A program made the translations under genes and the position numbers. Below, one piece after another: positions 29,165 to 42,984 of a stretch of DNA of 64,000 bases (the stretch's first letter is position 1; each line of letters opens with the position of its first letter). Below the pieces are notes generated by a model. It saw only the letters and a list, made by a program, of their open reading frames with translations, did not search any database and was not told the DNA's origin. This stretch comes from the human T2T-CHM13v2.0 reference genome, Homo sapiens, in NCBI RefSeq assembly GCF_009914755.1, contig NC_060927.1, one strand, 5' to 3'.

Positions 29165-29330
29165 CATCTTGCAACTAAAAGTGTGGTCCCTGGACCAGCA
29201 GCATCAGCATCACCTGGGAGCTTGTTAGAAAAGCAGATTCTCAGCAGTACCCCAGACCTACTGATTCACAGTCTGCATTTCAACAGCTCTCCAGGAGATT
29301 CATGTGTACATTAAACATTGAGAGCTATTG
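29165..29330. mobile_element. MER5A-type relic
   Basis: AAGTGTGGTCCCTGGACCAGCAGCATCAGCATCACCTGGGAGCTTGTTAGAAA. Confidence 0.8.
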
Positions 29331-29787
29331 TTCCATAGAAATTCCTCCCTATCCGTAGATTCTGTGACTCCTGGTGGGCAGAGTCCTACTCATCGTTAAA
29401 AGAAAAAAAGGTCTGTGGTGCTGAAACACATGTAGGTGAGAAATAGTTATGGCTATCCTTCCAAGATAGAAGCAACTAGATATGACCCTTCATGGGCCCA
29501 GGACTTCATGAGCATTTGATCAAGTCTCACTCTACTGGCCAGCATAAATAGCAAGGTTTTAGTGACATTTACTTAGAGCCTTCTATGGTTCTACATATCA
29601 GCCCTAAATATGTTCTCTGACTCTGACAGTTTTGTATTTTGAACTGTAACTACATCTTAAAGTCAGAAACTTTGTCATAATCTGATTCGAAAGAAATATA
29701 TTTCCTAATAGCACAATTTACTGATTGATTCTCTTTAATTACATCTTAAAATTTTGCTTTAATGTAATTTAATTGACATATACATAT

Positions 29788-29790
<3 letters not shown>

Positions 29791-29832
<42 letters not shown>
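29791..29832. repeat. (CA)21 microsatellite
   Basis: Read directly. Confidence 0.97.
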
Positions 29833-29833
<1 letters not shown>

Positions 29834-30079
29834 TAATGTATGTTTGAAGGTTGAGCTCCAGTGGGTACTTTTTGTTTAATTTGTTGTTGCTGAATTGAAG
29901 CAAATGAGTTTGTACTAGAATTGAGGGACTTTTGGTTCTAATTTCTATTTTACTATCGACCTTCTTTCTATATGACCTTGGGCAAGTCACTGAGCTCTTC
30001 TGGACGTAGTAGTCTCAGTTTTAAAATGTGTAATGCTTGGCATTGATATGGTTAAGATTTTTCCCAACTTAAAAATTCT

Positions 30080-30446
<367 letters not shown>

Positions 30447-31354
30447 TTAAAAGTTTAATGGATGCTTCTTCAGTTGTTTTTCCTTTTTTCTCTTTCTGAA
30501 TAAATGAATAGTTTCTGTCCTTGAGGCATCATGGAACTTTTAAGGAATTAACAAAAAATTGAAGAAAAAATGCCCACCCCCCAATGGCCACCAGCAATTA
30601 TTGTTAGGAAGAGGGTCAGTAGGCGGCATCCCCACATGCACACACCCTCTGCGGTAGAAATCTATTTAAATATAGAAACCAAGTATTGGAGGAGCTAATG
30701 AAGGTCATTTAATCAACCAGATGACTAAAGCTGTTATCTCCCCTATAGTGTCCAAACAAACTCTCTGCCCAGACAGTTCCAGGGAAAGGAAACCCAGTCA
30801 CTTTTAAGTCAATTCGATTCCATCTTGGGCAGATTTGACCACTAGTAATTAATGTATTCCACACTTTAAAGACTTCCTATAACTTCCTCCCATTAGTCCT
30901 AGGGCTACCTCTTGAAGCCATTCAAAATTAACTACACACCTCTTCCCACAACAGTACTGAGCTATTTTAATACAACGAGCTCTTCTTCACCTTTCCCTTC
31001 CCTTCTCCAACAAATATGCACAGTATCTTCATTTCTCCATAATGTGGTTGTGAGGCCCCTTACCAACTCTCAAACAAGTTCCAGGTTGTCCATGTCCATC
31101 GTAAACCATAGTGACCATAAATAAATTCAGTTCTCTAGAGAGGTCTGACGGTCTATCAGGGTAGGCTAGAATGTGGATATCAGTTTGCCTTACTAGGCAC
31201 TGTGAGTCTATGAATACAGCCTAAGATTGCAATGACTGATTTGGTTAGATGAAATAGTACAAATGTAGTAAAAAAAAAAAAAAATCTCTGCAACCGCTAA
31301 CAGCTATGCTTCTGAAGAGTACAGAATGATGTGGGAATGACTCATGATCGATAT

Positions 31355-31905
31355 TGTGTGCTAGCCAGTTTCCAAAGATGGCTGCCATAAATTCTTTCCC
31401 TCCCTATGTGAGTCCCTCCTCCCTGAAATGTGGAGTCCGTTCCTCTACTTCACTGAATGTGAGCCAGGCCTGTGACTGCACTGACCAGTGGAATGTGGAG
31501 GGAGTTCCGTTCTAGGATCTCTGATCCCAGGTGCTAAAAAGATCTGACAGCAGCTTCTTCTGTGCTCTTGGAGCCCTGAGCTGACATGTTAGATTTCCAG
31601 GTTACCCTGCTGAAAAGAAAGGACATATGGAGAGGCCCTGGAAGACAAGAAAGTGCTGGAGAAAGAGGTTCCATGAAGGAACACTAAGGTCCCACCATGT
31701 GAGTGAATGAGCCATGACGGATGGTCTAAGTCCTCACTTGTTTGAGGCCTCCCCCTTGAAGGTCCAAACACTGTGGAGCAGAGATGAGTCATGCCCACCA
31801 TGTCTGCCCAGGTTCCTGACCCACAGACTCATGGGAAACCAAAATGGTGGTTGTTTCAGCACACAAGTTTTGAAGTTGTTTTGATGCTGCAATAGGTAAC
31901 TGAAA
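31355..31905 (+). mobile_element. MLT1-type MaLR solo LTR
   Basis: TCCAAAGATGGCTGCC start region; end AAGTTTTGAAGTTGTTTTGATGCTGCAATAGGTAACTGAAACA. Confidence 0.75.
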
Positions 31906-34061
31906 CATATTGTTAAGGGAAAGAAAACAGCATACAAAATAGCACAACATGCATATTCTCAAGTTTGTTTTACATGTGTATGTTGTATATGTGTATATAT
32001 GTATATGTGCTTGCATATTTTGATATCTATATTTATACTTATATTTATACATAAACATGCTAGTGCTGGTTATCACTGGAAAATAGAATCATGAGTAGCT
32101 TTAAATTTCATCGTTTTATAATACAAATTTCTTAATATCACATTAGCTCTTTTGATAAGTACTTTACATTGTAGATTGATAACAAACTTACTGTCAGCTA
32201 TATGTGTGTGTGTCTGTGTGTATATGTATGTACGTTTACATACAAAGTTAAGTTACTTGTCTCCAAGAGCAGTTTTAAGATGCCCCACCCTCACCCTATA
32301 GAAGGTCACCAGAGAAGGTGCCAACTTTACACTATATAAATGGAAAACAACAAGAGCCTCTCCTACCTGGTAACCCCACTGGAGAAAGTTCTCAATTCTC
32401 AGGCTGTACACTTCATTATTTTGTTATTGTAAAGCTCCTGTTTATGTGGTTACGGAAGAGTGGTTGCTATGGCAATGCAATCCGACTGAACACCAGAATG
32501 TGTCTAAAATTGGTGGGAATGACTTTTTCAGGGTTTCCTCTGAGGATTAATCATTTTGTAAGAATTGTATCTTTTTTTCCTCTCCTGTTCGAACAACAGT
32601 AGCAGAGTGCCTCATCCAGTCCCGCGACATGGACAACACGAGCAAGGGTCAGAGAAGGACAAAGGTAAATGTTTAAAGAAAAGGCCCAACCCCAACACAA
32701 CCCTCTTCTACTGAATACTCTGGTTCCTTTTCATCCCTCCGCCTGCTCAGCGGCTTTGCTGCATTTGGAGCTCCTCCTTGCCTTTGCGCCCTCCATGCTG
32801 CACTCTTTTCCACCTACTTGCCTTTCTGGTTCTTCTCTCTGTGTCTTCTGCTGAATCCTGATAGAGGCATACCTTAAGCCTCATTCTCCAGCCTCTTCTT
32901 TTCTTTCCTAACATTCCTACTGTCTGAGTGCCTTCATTCATTTTCTTTCTCTCCTTGCCATCTCCTCGCATGATTCCCAAACCAGAGCTATGGACTGACC
33001 CCTCATTTCCACTCAAATCCCATCACACACCCTCCTGGGGCCTACAGGACATGTTTCTTAGAAAGCAGGATTCCCCAGGATGGGGTCCTACTTTCCTTTC
33101 TAGTTCTTCCCCCAACACTCCTGATGCCACCACCAACACATGCTCTGGGCTCCAGCCTGGGAGCTGCTTGCAGTTCTTGGAAGCTCCCATGATGTCCTCC
33201 ACCCTGCCCTGCCCTTGCCCAAGCCACGTCCTCTACCCGGAATGCCCTTCTCCCTCCCTGCCCTACAGTTCCTGGAGTCTGGAAACAATGCGTGCATCAG
33301 GAGGCCTCCCACCAGGCTGAGCGGGGCCTTCTCCTCCCATGCTGCCCACTTCTGAGCACCGGCTATACTGCAGCACCCGTGCTTGAGTCCTGTTTGTCTT
33401 CCCCTGTGAGGCAGTGATCTCTTTGAGGGCAGGAACTGTGTCTCATTTATTGCTGGATCCCTGGAGCCTGGCACATAGGAAGGCGTAGTGGATGTGTTAT
33501 CACCATCTCCAAATCAACAATCCCAAACATTCCCCATCAGCCCTGCATCCTGATGTCATTTTCTACAGATTCAGTCTGCAAGGTATCTTTGATGGCTTCC
33601 TTTTGTTGTACGTGCATTGATGATATTTCCACCACAGTTTCCCACGAATTAGCATTTGTTCATGGCCACACTCACCACCTTAGCTCTTTGGCTCAGACTA
33701 GGTTTCCTCCAAAGGATCCTGCCCAGTTCCCTGGCCTGGAAACTGCCTGATCCAAGGCACCCTGCACACAGTCTCCAGATTCCTGGCTCTAAATTTTGCC
33801 CACACTTTGACACACAAGGCCCAAGACCTCCTGCTATCCCCACGCCTCCTATGTCCTCCTCATTTTCTGTGCCTTCTCACCATCCAGCCCAGAAGCTCTC
33901 CTTACCCACCCCTGCACACCACAGGAATGCTTAGTGGGTGTGTTATCACCATCTCAAAATCAACATTCCCAAACATTCCTTTTGCTTCCATCGTTCCCCT
34001 TCCATCTGCTGCTCACATTTTAAACCTCTTTCCTCCATGGAGTTTATCCAGCTAAATCCTC

Positions 34062-34440
34062 TGTTATCGGTTCAACCGTGCCCTAAACCTCAAATTTATG
34101 TGTTGAAGTTCCATCCCTCAATAACTCAGGATGTAACCTTATTTGGGTTGTTGCAGATGTAATTAGTTAAGATGAAGTCATGACCGAATGGGGGGATCCA
34201 GGCCAATAAGGTTGTGCGCCTAGGAAAGGGGGAACTTTGGACACAGAGATATGCACACAGGGAGAATGTCACGTGAGGGCATGCAGGGAGAATACGGCCA
34301 TCCGCAAGCCAAAAACACAGCCCTGGGATGGATCCCTTCTCCACAGCTCTCAGAAGGAGCCAGCGCCGCTGACTCCTTGATTGTGGACTTCTAGCTCCCA
34401 GAACTTTGAGACTATAAGGCTTAGAGACAATAAACCCACG
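34062..34440 (+). mobile_element. MLT1A/B/C-type MaLR LTR
   Basis: GATGTAATTAGTTAAGATGAAGTCAT, CCCTTCTCCACAGCTCTCAGAAGGAGCCAGC, GGACTTCTAGCTCCCAGAAC. Confidence 0.8.
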
Positions 34441-36000
34441 CTGGATTGAACCAAATAGCAAACAACCCCCATACCAGTTTCCCTTGGTTTTTGATCCCCT
34501 TCTCGTTTCCACGCTTAGTTTATCCAGCTGTACCAGAGCTGTTTGCCTGCTGCCTTAAAGCAGTTCTCTGTGTCACGAGCACATTTCTGATGCCCTAACA
34601 AGATTCTGATTCCTCCAGGGTAGGCCTCTCCTTTGTGCTTCTTCTTCATCCCTGACAGGGCTTGGTGCTTTGCTGACCTACAGAGCTAGCTGAATTAAAT
34701 TGAATTTACCCTGGAGGGTGATTTTTTGCTTCTTGTCAATATATTAGAGTTTTTCTAAACCCATGGGGGTCAGATGAGAGACCACAGGCTCTAGAGTACC
34801 AGGAGGGTGACAAACCATTAGCCCTATGGTCCCCTGTTGACCTCGGAGAGCATTCGGAGTCACAGGATGCTGGGCTGGAAGGGACCGCAGGGAGAGAACA
34901 CTTAGTCCAACCCTCCCATTGTATAGAAGAGGTTGCTGAGACCCAGGGATGTTCAGGGATGTCACAGCATAGAGAGCAAGAGGCAGAGCTGGCACCTGAA
35001 CTGGATTCCCTGACTCCTAGACCAGCGCTGGGGACAAGGACTGCCTACTGTGTGAGAAGGGGGACCTGTGCAAGAGCAATAGAGCAGGTCAACAGCTGCA
35101 GGCCTCATGATTTACAGAAGCATCAACACAGTTAATGTGAAGGGAGAGGCCATGGGACAAGGGCATGGAGCAGGCAGTGCAGCTGAGAGCTCTACAAGAT
35201 GAAGGGCCTCCTGGAAAGTCAGTGCCATGCAGGGTAAGTGACGGTCACTCTGTGTGGGCAGCGTGCAGTGGTCAGGTGGTGTCCTGCCACAGTCCAGCAG
35301 GTTCCTCTCACCAATAAGGATTAGGAGTAACCTGAGGGGACAAGCCATGGGCCCATGTGTGGCTGTGCACCCTACCACCACTGTGTCTTGCACTGAATTG
35401 GTTCTGGGGCACAACTAATGGGAAACCAAGAGCCCCAAGTAAAAGCCCAAGCCTTCCCAAAACAAAGTCAAGAAAGAAACACACATTAGCATTCAGCATC
35501 TTACTGCAAGAAGGCTTTGGGTCCAAATGCAGGAATATACTACAGTAAACGATTGAGTAACATTGTAGCCATGCAGCATGCAGCCCTTCAAAATTATGCT
35601 CTGAAGAGCTTTAATGACCTGAGCAAATACATACGATATATTAGGCGGAAAATGCAGGCTTAACGCAGGGTGTATACAGTGTGAGCTCAACGGTGTAAAG
35701 CAATATGCACAGCAGGGAAGTGCTCTAAGATGTTTGCAGTGTTGTCAGTGATTTTTAACCTACTCTTTTTTTCTATGTATATTGCAAATTTCTATGGTGA
35801 GCACGTAGTATTTACTGAGCTTAAAGATAATTGCGTTTTTATGTTAAATACACTAATTCTGTGTTTATAAGGAAATATAAGCCGTCAGGCCTGACATCAT
35901 TCTTTGTGGCTTTGCAATGATCATACTGCTATGCTTTCCAGAAATGATTTCTCCAGCCAAGAAGAAATCCCGTCCCAGGGCTGTCAATGCATTTACTCAC

Positions 36001-36067
36001 ATTCTGAATATTTCTGGAGTTGGTCAAATTCTTCTGGAGTGAGGGAGACCCACCGTTCTTCACCCAT
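36001..36067 (-). CDS. DGKG: DGKG first coding segment (MGEERWVSLTPEEFDQLQKYSE) in exon 2
   Basis: ATG at 36067 in strong Kozak context (AAAATGG); 67 nt; donor T|GTGAGT; F-QLQKYSEYS-KK motif of type I DGKs continues into next exon. Confidence 0.97.
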
Positions 36068-36315
36068 TTTTAAACTTTATGTGAGTGGCTAAAGGGCAGT
36101 GATGGAGTTTTGTTCACTAGGCTGAAGTGGAGGCCCAGCCCAGGGCCTGGCTCATTGCAGGTTTGCGATGTAAGCCTTTCAGGAGACTTCTGGGAGCACT
36201 CAAGTGTATACAGCAGCAGCAGGCACCTCTCAGAAGATGAGACAAGATCTCTGCTATTCCTTAGGCAACATCCTCCTGTCTGTATTCAAGGTAAATTCAG
36301 AAGTCCTGGCTCTTC
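36068..36315 (-). other. DGKG: 5' UTR part of DGKG exon 2 (248 nt)
   Basis: Acceptor TCTTTTCTGCTTCTATCTAG immediately upstream (AG at 36317-36316); no CpG-island promoter in the window, so exon 1 is inferred to lie outside. Confidence 0.8.
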
Positions 36316-37749
36316 CTAGATAGAAGCAGAAAAGACATTGTAAATGAGAATGTTAAAAAAAAAAGGCCCCAAATGTTCTTTGCTGAAAGATCTACAGGGG
36401 ACAATTGTTCAATGGTTCTTAAGGATGGTTCTCCCCTTAGAGAGGTCTGAAGAGGGCACAACGACAGTTGTCTGGCTGGTGGTGAGAGTTGAGGGGCAAG
36501 CTGTGGCCTGTATGAATAGGTGGGCCATACTACTCAGCTCTGGGAAATGTTCCATGTGTCACATGAGAGGTGGTATTAGAGCTGCCTAAGAGCATCCTCA
36601 GGGCATAAAAATGCCTTAGGCTATTGGATGCTTCATGAGTAATTACAGGAACAGGAGCCTATGCAGCCGTTCTGTCCTGCACTGATTTCTAAATTCCACC
36701 GTGATAGCTCTGGTGAGCCATTCTGGAATAACCCCAAGGCTGGCTAACATCTAGTGACTGAAGCAGTTCTCTGTCCTCTTAGAGCCATAAAAAGGGAGTT
36801 AGAGGAATGGGCTGCTGGCCTCAATGAGGCCGGGAAATGGGGATGGATTCAAACAAACACTGAGCATCTTTTCCTTTGAGCCTCTCATACTGTGGGTCAT
36901 TAAATCAGTTTTGTGGTTGTGAAATTGATGTAATGAGTCACAACAAGCATGTAAACACATGAAATGGAATAGGGTAGAATGAGATGGAGTCGAAAACACT
37001 AGAGTGCATCTACCACAGTAAGGGGATGTATTATGTCATAAGACTTTTCCTTCAGTTATACACCCATGGTTATACTGATCATATTGTGAAGTGTCTTTCT
37101 TATTCTCAGTTGAGGTTACAAGCATGGTTGGGAAGCCACCAACCTAAAAAGGTGAGAAATAAAGACCAACTGAAACACAGGCTCTACTGTTGCCAAAGAA
37201 CAAGCACAGTTTTAACAAAACAGGATCCATCCTGAGGGCCAACTGCAAGGCAAGTCTGGGGTTCCTGGAGCATATGAGCAGTGCTGGATGAGACGACCAA
37301 GTTGGGAGGTATATATGGACCATTCTCTGGGGAAATGTGTAGACTGGTTGTTTTGGACCTGGAGAGTGAACTAGAGCTGAGGGAAGATGCTGGAGAGAGA
37401 GAGATTCTAGCTTTATAAAGAAAACCTTCCATTAACCAGAATGCATGGCAAGGAAATGAGAGACCCACATTCCTGGGGACATTAAGTTCTAGTCTCTCGC
37501 CCTGAGAAGTCCAACTCTCTCCTTAATCCAGCCAGCTCGACTCTGCTCCTTGGCACATGCTACTGTCAAGGTCATCAGTGACCTAGCTGCCAAATCCAGC
37601 AGGCACCTTTCAGTCCTTCCTCGGCTTGTTTCTCTCTCTGCAATCTTTCTTTGCCATGGCAGAAAACTTCCACCTAGAGACTCTCTTATGTTTCTGGGTG
37701 TTTCTTGTCAGTCTCCTTCAGCCTCTTCTTTTGCCATCTTTAAATATTG

Positions 37750-38202
37750 AAATGTTTCCACAGCAAAGATATAGAATCAGCCTAAATGCCTATCAGTGGA
37801 AGACTGGATAAAGCAAATGTAGTACATATACACCACGGAATACTACACAGCCATAAAAAAGAATGAGATCCTGTTCCTTGCAGCAACATGGATGGAGCTG
37901 GAGGACATTATCCTAAGTGAACTAATACAGGAACAGAAATCCAGATACAGCACATCTTCACTTATAAGTGAGAGCTGAACACTGAGAACACAGGGACACA
38001 AAGAAGGGAACAATAGGTACTGGGGCCTACTTGAAGGTGGAGGATGGGAGGAGGGAGAGAACTGAAAAACTACCTACTGGGTACTATGCTTATTACCTGA
38101 GTGACAAAATAATCTGTACAGCAAACCCCCGTGACATGTGATTTACCCATATAACAAACCTGCACAAGAACCCTTGAACCTAAAATAAAAGTTAAAGAAA
38201 AA
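37750..38202 (+). mobile_element. L1PA/L1PB 3' end (older primate L1)
   Basis: GGAATACTACACAGCCATAAAAAAGAATGAGATC...CCTAAAATAAAAGTTA. Confidence 0.88.
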
Positions 38203-39119
38203 ATGGGCACTTCCAAAATCCTGTCCTCAGCCCTCTTCTCACTCTACATCCCTTCTCTGATGGACCTCATCCACCTCCAAGCTTTAATGACCCCCGGCAT
38301 GCTGCGGCAGCCCTGAGCTCTCTCCTTGGTCTGAATCTGAATATTCAGATATTCAGATGCCTTAATCCAGATCTGTATATCCAACCATCTACTGTGACTC
38401 CCTTGTGTGTCCCAAACCACCCCTGATCTGCATCTTCCAGTGTCCCCAGCCGCTCGGGTTATGCCCAAGAGAAGCCAGTGCCCAGGTCAGAGGCAGGAGG
38501 CTCAGCTAAGCTCCTCCCCTTTTCTCTCCTGCCAAACCCAGGCACAGCTCCGGAGTTTGACTGTCCACTGTGTGCTCCCTCTTGTCCACCACACCAGCCC
38601 TGGCATTAACTCAGACCTTCCTTATCTCTTGCCTGGCCTTTGACAACAGCCTCCTGCTGCTCTCCCTGCCTTGCGCTTTGTTCTCCTCCCCTTGGTCTGC
38701 TCTTTAAATTGCCAACCAGATCACATCTCTCTCGGTAATAAAATTCTTCAGTAGTTTCTACTGCCTGTAGAATAAGATGTAATCTTCTTTTCATGATACA
38801 CAAAGCTCTTTATGATCTGGCTCGTGATGATCAATTTAGTACGAAAGTGAGGAGTATCCTTTAGAAACCTTTGCCATCGTGCCAGGGAATCTAGCATTGC
38901 AACCACTGTCACCGCTGCTGCTGCTATCAATGAATGGACCTGTACTTTACTCTGTGCTATATGCTTTATATACATTATCTAATTTAGTCCTCTTAATAAC
39001 ATGTCAATTCAATATTGCTGTCCCTGTTTTGCGGATGAGAAAAAAATGAGGTTAGGTATTTAGTAAACATGGTGAGGAGAAAGAAGGAGCCACTAGTGCT
39101 TCTGTTTAAGAATGCCTCC

Positions 39120-39731
39120 TGCTGGGTGCGGTGGCTTATGCCTGTAATCCCATCACTTTAGGAGGCTAAGATGGGCGGATCATGAGGTCAGGAGATCGAG
39201 ACCATCCTGGCCAACATGGTGAAACCTTGTCTCTACTAAAAATACAAAAATTAGCTGGGTGTGGCCAGGCGCAGTGGCTCACGCCTGTAATCCCACCACT
39301 TTGGGAGGCCGAGACGGGCGGATCACAAGGTCAGGAGATCGAGACCATCCTGGCTAACACAGTGAAACCCCGTCTCTACTAAAAACACAAAAAAATTAGC
39401 CAGGCGTGGTGGTGGGTGCCTGTAGTTCCAGCTACTCAGGAGGCTGAGGCAGAAGAATGGTTTGAACCCAGGATGCAGACCTTGCAGTGATCTGAGATTG
39501 CGCCACTGCACTCCAGCCTGGGCAACAGAGTGAGACTCCGTCTCAAAAAAAAAAAAAAAAAAAAAATTAGCTGGGTGTCGTGGTGCATGCTTGTAATCCC
39601 AGCTACTCGGGAGGCTGAGGCAGGAGAATCGCTTGAACCAGGGAGTCAGAGGTTGCAGTGAGCCAAGATCACACCACTGCACTCCAGCCTGGCGACAGAG
39701 TGAGAGTCTGTCAAAAAAAAAAAAAAAAAAA
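39120..39731 (+). mobile_element. Nested Alu: AluY-like copy (39263-39561) inside an AluSc-like copy
   Basis: Inner TSD AAAAATTAGCTGGGTGT (39246-39262 / 39562-39578); outer TSD AAGAATGCCTCC (39108-39119 / 39732-39743). Confidence 0.95.
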
Positions 39732-40124
39732 AAGAATGCCTCCATGGCCTGGGCATTCTGCACACCTTCAGAAGCACAGAGGGAGATCTAAGAGGACGCA
39801 TAGGCACACTGCATGACAGAACAACACTGAACTAAAACCAGAAGGCAGAGAATTTGAATCTGGGCTCTGCCCTTCTGAGCTATTTCACCCTAGACATATT
39901 TTTCATCCCTTGAACTTTGGTTTCTTCATCTAAAACATGAAGATATTAATGAAAAAGCTTACTGGGTTGGTGTTAGGATTAAGTGGGTTAATATATGCAA
40001 CAAACATAAAAACAAAATCCCCACCTGGTGCAATGCCTGCACATAGCAAACACTCAATAAATGATTGTTATTATCATCCAGTTGCAAATACAACATGTAG
40101 CAATGTGGCTTAAACGATCAGCTG

Positions 40125-41020
40125 AAAAAAAAAAAAAACCCAAAATAACCCCATTAAAAAGTGGGCAAAGGGCACAAACACACTCTTCTCAAAAGAAGAC
40201 AATACAAGTGGCCAACAAACATGAAAAAATGCTCAACATTGCTAATCATCAGATACATGTACATCAAAACCATGACTATTATTAAAAAGACAAAAACAGA
40301 TACTGGTGAGGCTTTGGAGAAAAGGGAATGCCTATACACTGCTGGTGGGAATGTAAATTAGTTCAGTCACTATGGAAAGCAGGTTGGAGATTTCTCGAAG
40401 AACTTAAAACAGACCTCCCATGCAATGCAGCAATCCCATTACTGGGTATACATCCAAAGGAAAATAAGTAGTTCCACAAAAAAGACACGTGCACTCATAT
40501 GTTCATCACAGCACTATTCACAGTAGCAAAGGCATGGAATCAACCTGGATTTATCCAATTTATCCATTTATCCAATGATGGACTGGATGGATAAAGAAAA
40601 TGTAATGCACATATACCATACAATACTACACAGCCGTAAAAAAGAATGAAATCATGTCCTTTGCAGCAACATGGATGCAGCTTGAGGCCATTATCCAAAA
40701 TGAATTAACACAGGAATAGAAAATACCAAATACCAAATAGAAAATATGTGAAAACCAAATACTACATGTTCTTACTTATAAGTGGGAGCTAAACATTGGG
40801 AACATATGGACATAAATATGGAAGTAAAAGACACTGGGGATTACTAGAGGGGGCAGGGGGAAGGGGCAAAGGCTGAAAAACTGAAAAACTGAAAAATTGG
40901 GTACTATGCTCACTACCTGGGTGATGGGATCATTCATACTCCAAAGTCAACATCATGCAATATACTCAGGTAACAAACTTGCCCCTGTACCCCCTGAATA
41001 ATAGTTGAAATTTTAAAAAA
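40125..41020 (+). mobile_element. L1PA/L1PB 3' fragment
   Basis: CCCCATTAAAAAGTGGGCAAAGG...CAATCCCATTACTGGGTATA...3' UTR. Confidence 0.88.
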
Positions 41021-41717
41021 TCAGCTGGCAGTAGTCAAGTAGAAAGTTTCTAGTATTGTGCCACAGGTTTCTGAACTTGATCTGATACTGCTCCAGGTTG
41101 TTGTAATTTTGTAATTGCTCATCAACCCTTATCCACTAGTTTTAGCGTCCACTAATGATTATTGCCTGGATTAATTATTACAATGATACTGATTTTCTAA
41201 TTCCATCATTCCCTTTATATTTGTTAGTTAGGAGTCTATTGTAAGTAAGAGCTTTCCCTTCTGTTATTTATATCAATTTATATGTCTACTATAAATAAAG
41301 ATAAATTATAAATATATAAAGAATATATATGTGTGTATAAAAACTGCATTTATATATAATATATATTTATTTTCACAGATTCTTATTTTATTCTGTGGGT
41401 TACAAATCTGTTGCTATCTTCGACTCTCAGATTATTCCAGATTTGATCAGTGGAAGCTCAGTCAAGGTGGCGATCTGTTCTTTAGATATATCTCAGTCAT
41501 TTTTTCAGCACATCCTTATTTTCTAGCACTACAAAATGTTTCAGGCTCATCTCGTACTTCCTCAGCTCAAGTGCTAAAATCAGTCATTTCTCTAAGGAGT
41601 TCCTTTGGTGAAGAATGGCATTTGAAGCCAAAGCTTGGGTACCACGTATGCTCACTGCTGCTGGGGTGTCATTGCTTCTAGGCCCTATCAAGGACAGAGC
41701 TAGAAAATAGATGCGTG

Positions 41718-42017
41718 TGCTGGGCGTGGTGGCTCATGCCTGTGATCCCAGCACTTTTGGAGGCCGAGGCGGAAGGATCACTTGAGCCCAGGAGTTTGAG
41801 ACCAGCCTGGCCAACATGGCGAAGCTCTGTCTCTATTAAAAATACAAAAATTAGCTGGGTGTGGTGGTACATGCCTGTAGTCCCAGCTACTCAGGAGGCT
41901 GAGGTAGGAGAATTGCTCGAACCTGGGAGGTGGGGGTTGGATGTTGCAGCGAGCCGAGATCCTGCCACTGCACTCCAGCCTGGGTGACAGAGTGAGACAC
42001 TGTCTTAAAAAAAAAAT
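41718..42017 (+). mobile_element. Alu (old S/J)
   Basis: Full dimer inserted in an old antisense L1. Confidence 0.92.
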
Positions 42018-42036
42018 AGATGTATGTACACAGATA

Positions 42037-42082
42037 CACACACACACACCCCTCATCTCTCTCTCTCTCTCTCTCTCTCTCT
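42037..42082. repeat. (CA)n / (CT)n compound microsatellite
   Basis: Read directly. Confidence 0.9.
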
Positions 42083-42484
42083 GTTAAATACCTTGAGTTC
42101 ATACTTACACCTCCAACTCCAGTCCGACATTGCAAAGTCAATTGTAGCCTTCCCTTCCTTCCATATTTTTTAACTATCTTCTCTAACAAGCTTTGTTTCC
42201 ATCATCTACAACATACTTATTTGCTTAATACACAGAAAGTAGTTTCAGAATTGCCAGTCCACACCTCTGTGAAAAACAAAATAGACTTCAAGATTTGTTT
42301 ACAGTTCTATTGTTTTCAGGCAACGGCAAATCCTCAAAATGCTACTCTCAAAAGTTACGTAGGTTAGTTCTTTCTCACTCCCATCAGTTTCTGTTTGTAT
42401 TTCATTTTAGGATGTTTTCTTCATATCCACTGATTCTTTTTCAGTATGGTTCCAAAGTCAAAACTATATAGAAAGATATATTCA

Positions 42485-42800
<316 letters not shown>

Positions 42801-42984
42801 TCAGAGAAGTATCCCTCATTCCTCTTACTCTTTTCCCATCTCCTCTTTTCTATCTTATTCTCACTTACCCTTATAGTATCTAGTTTATACTTCCTGTGTT
42901 TAGTTTTGCACATGTGAGAAGATATGTGAATATCTTATTTCCCCCTTTCCTCCTCCTTCTCCTCCTCCTCCTCCTCCTCCTTAT

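Noticed and set aside
34041-34530. 13-bp direct repeat AGTTTATCCAGCT on both sides of the MLT1 LTR
   Set aside because: MaLR TSDs are about 5 bp and abut the LTR; these copies are offset from the element ends, so not accepted as a TSD
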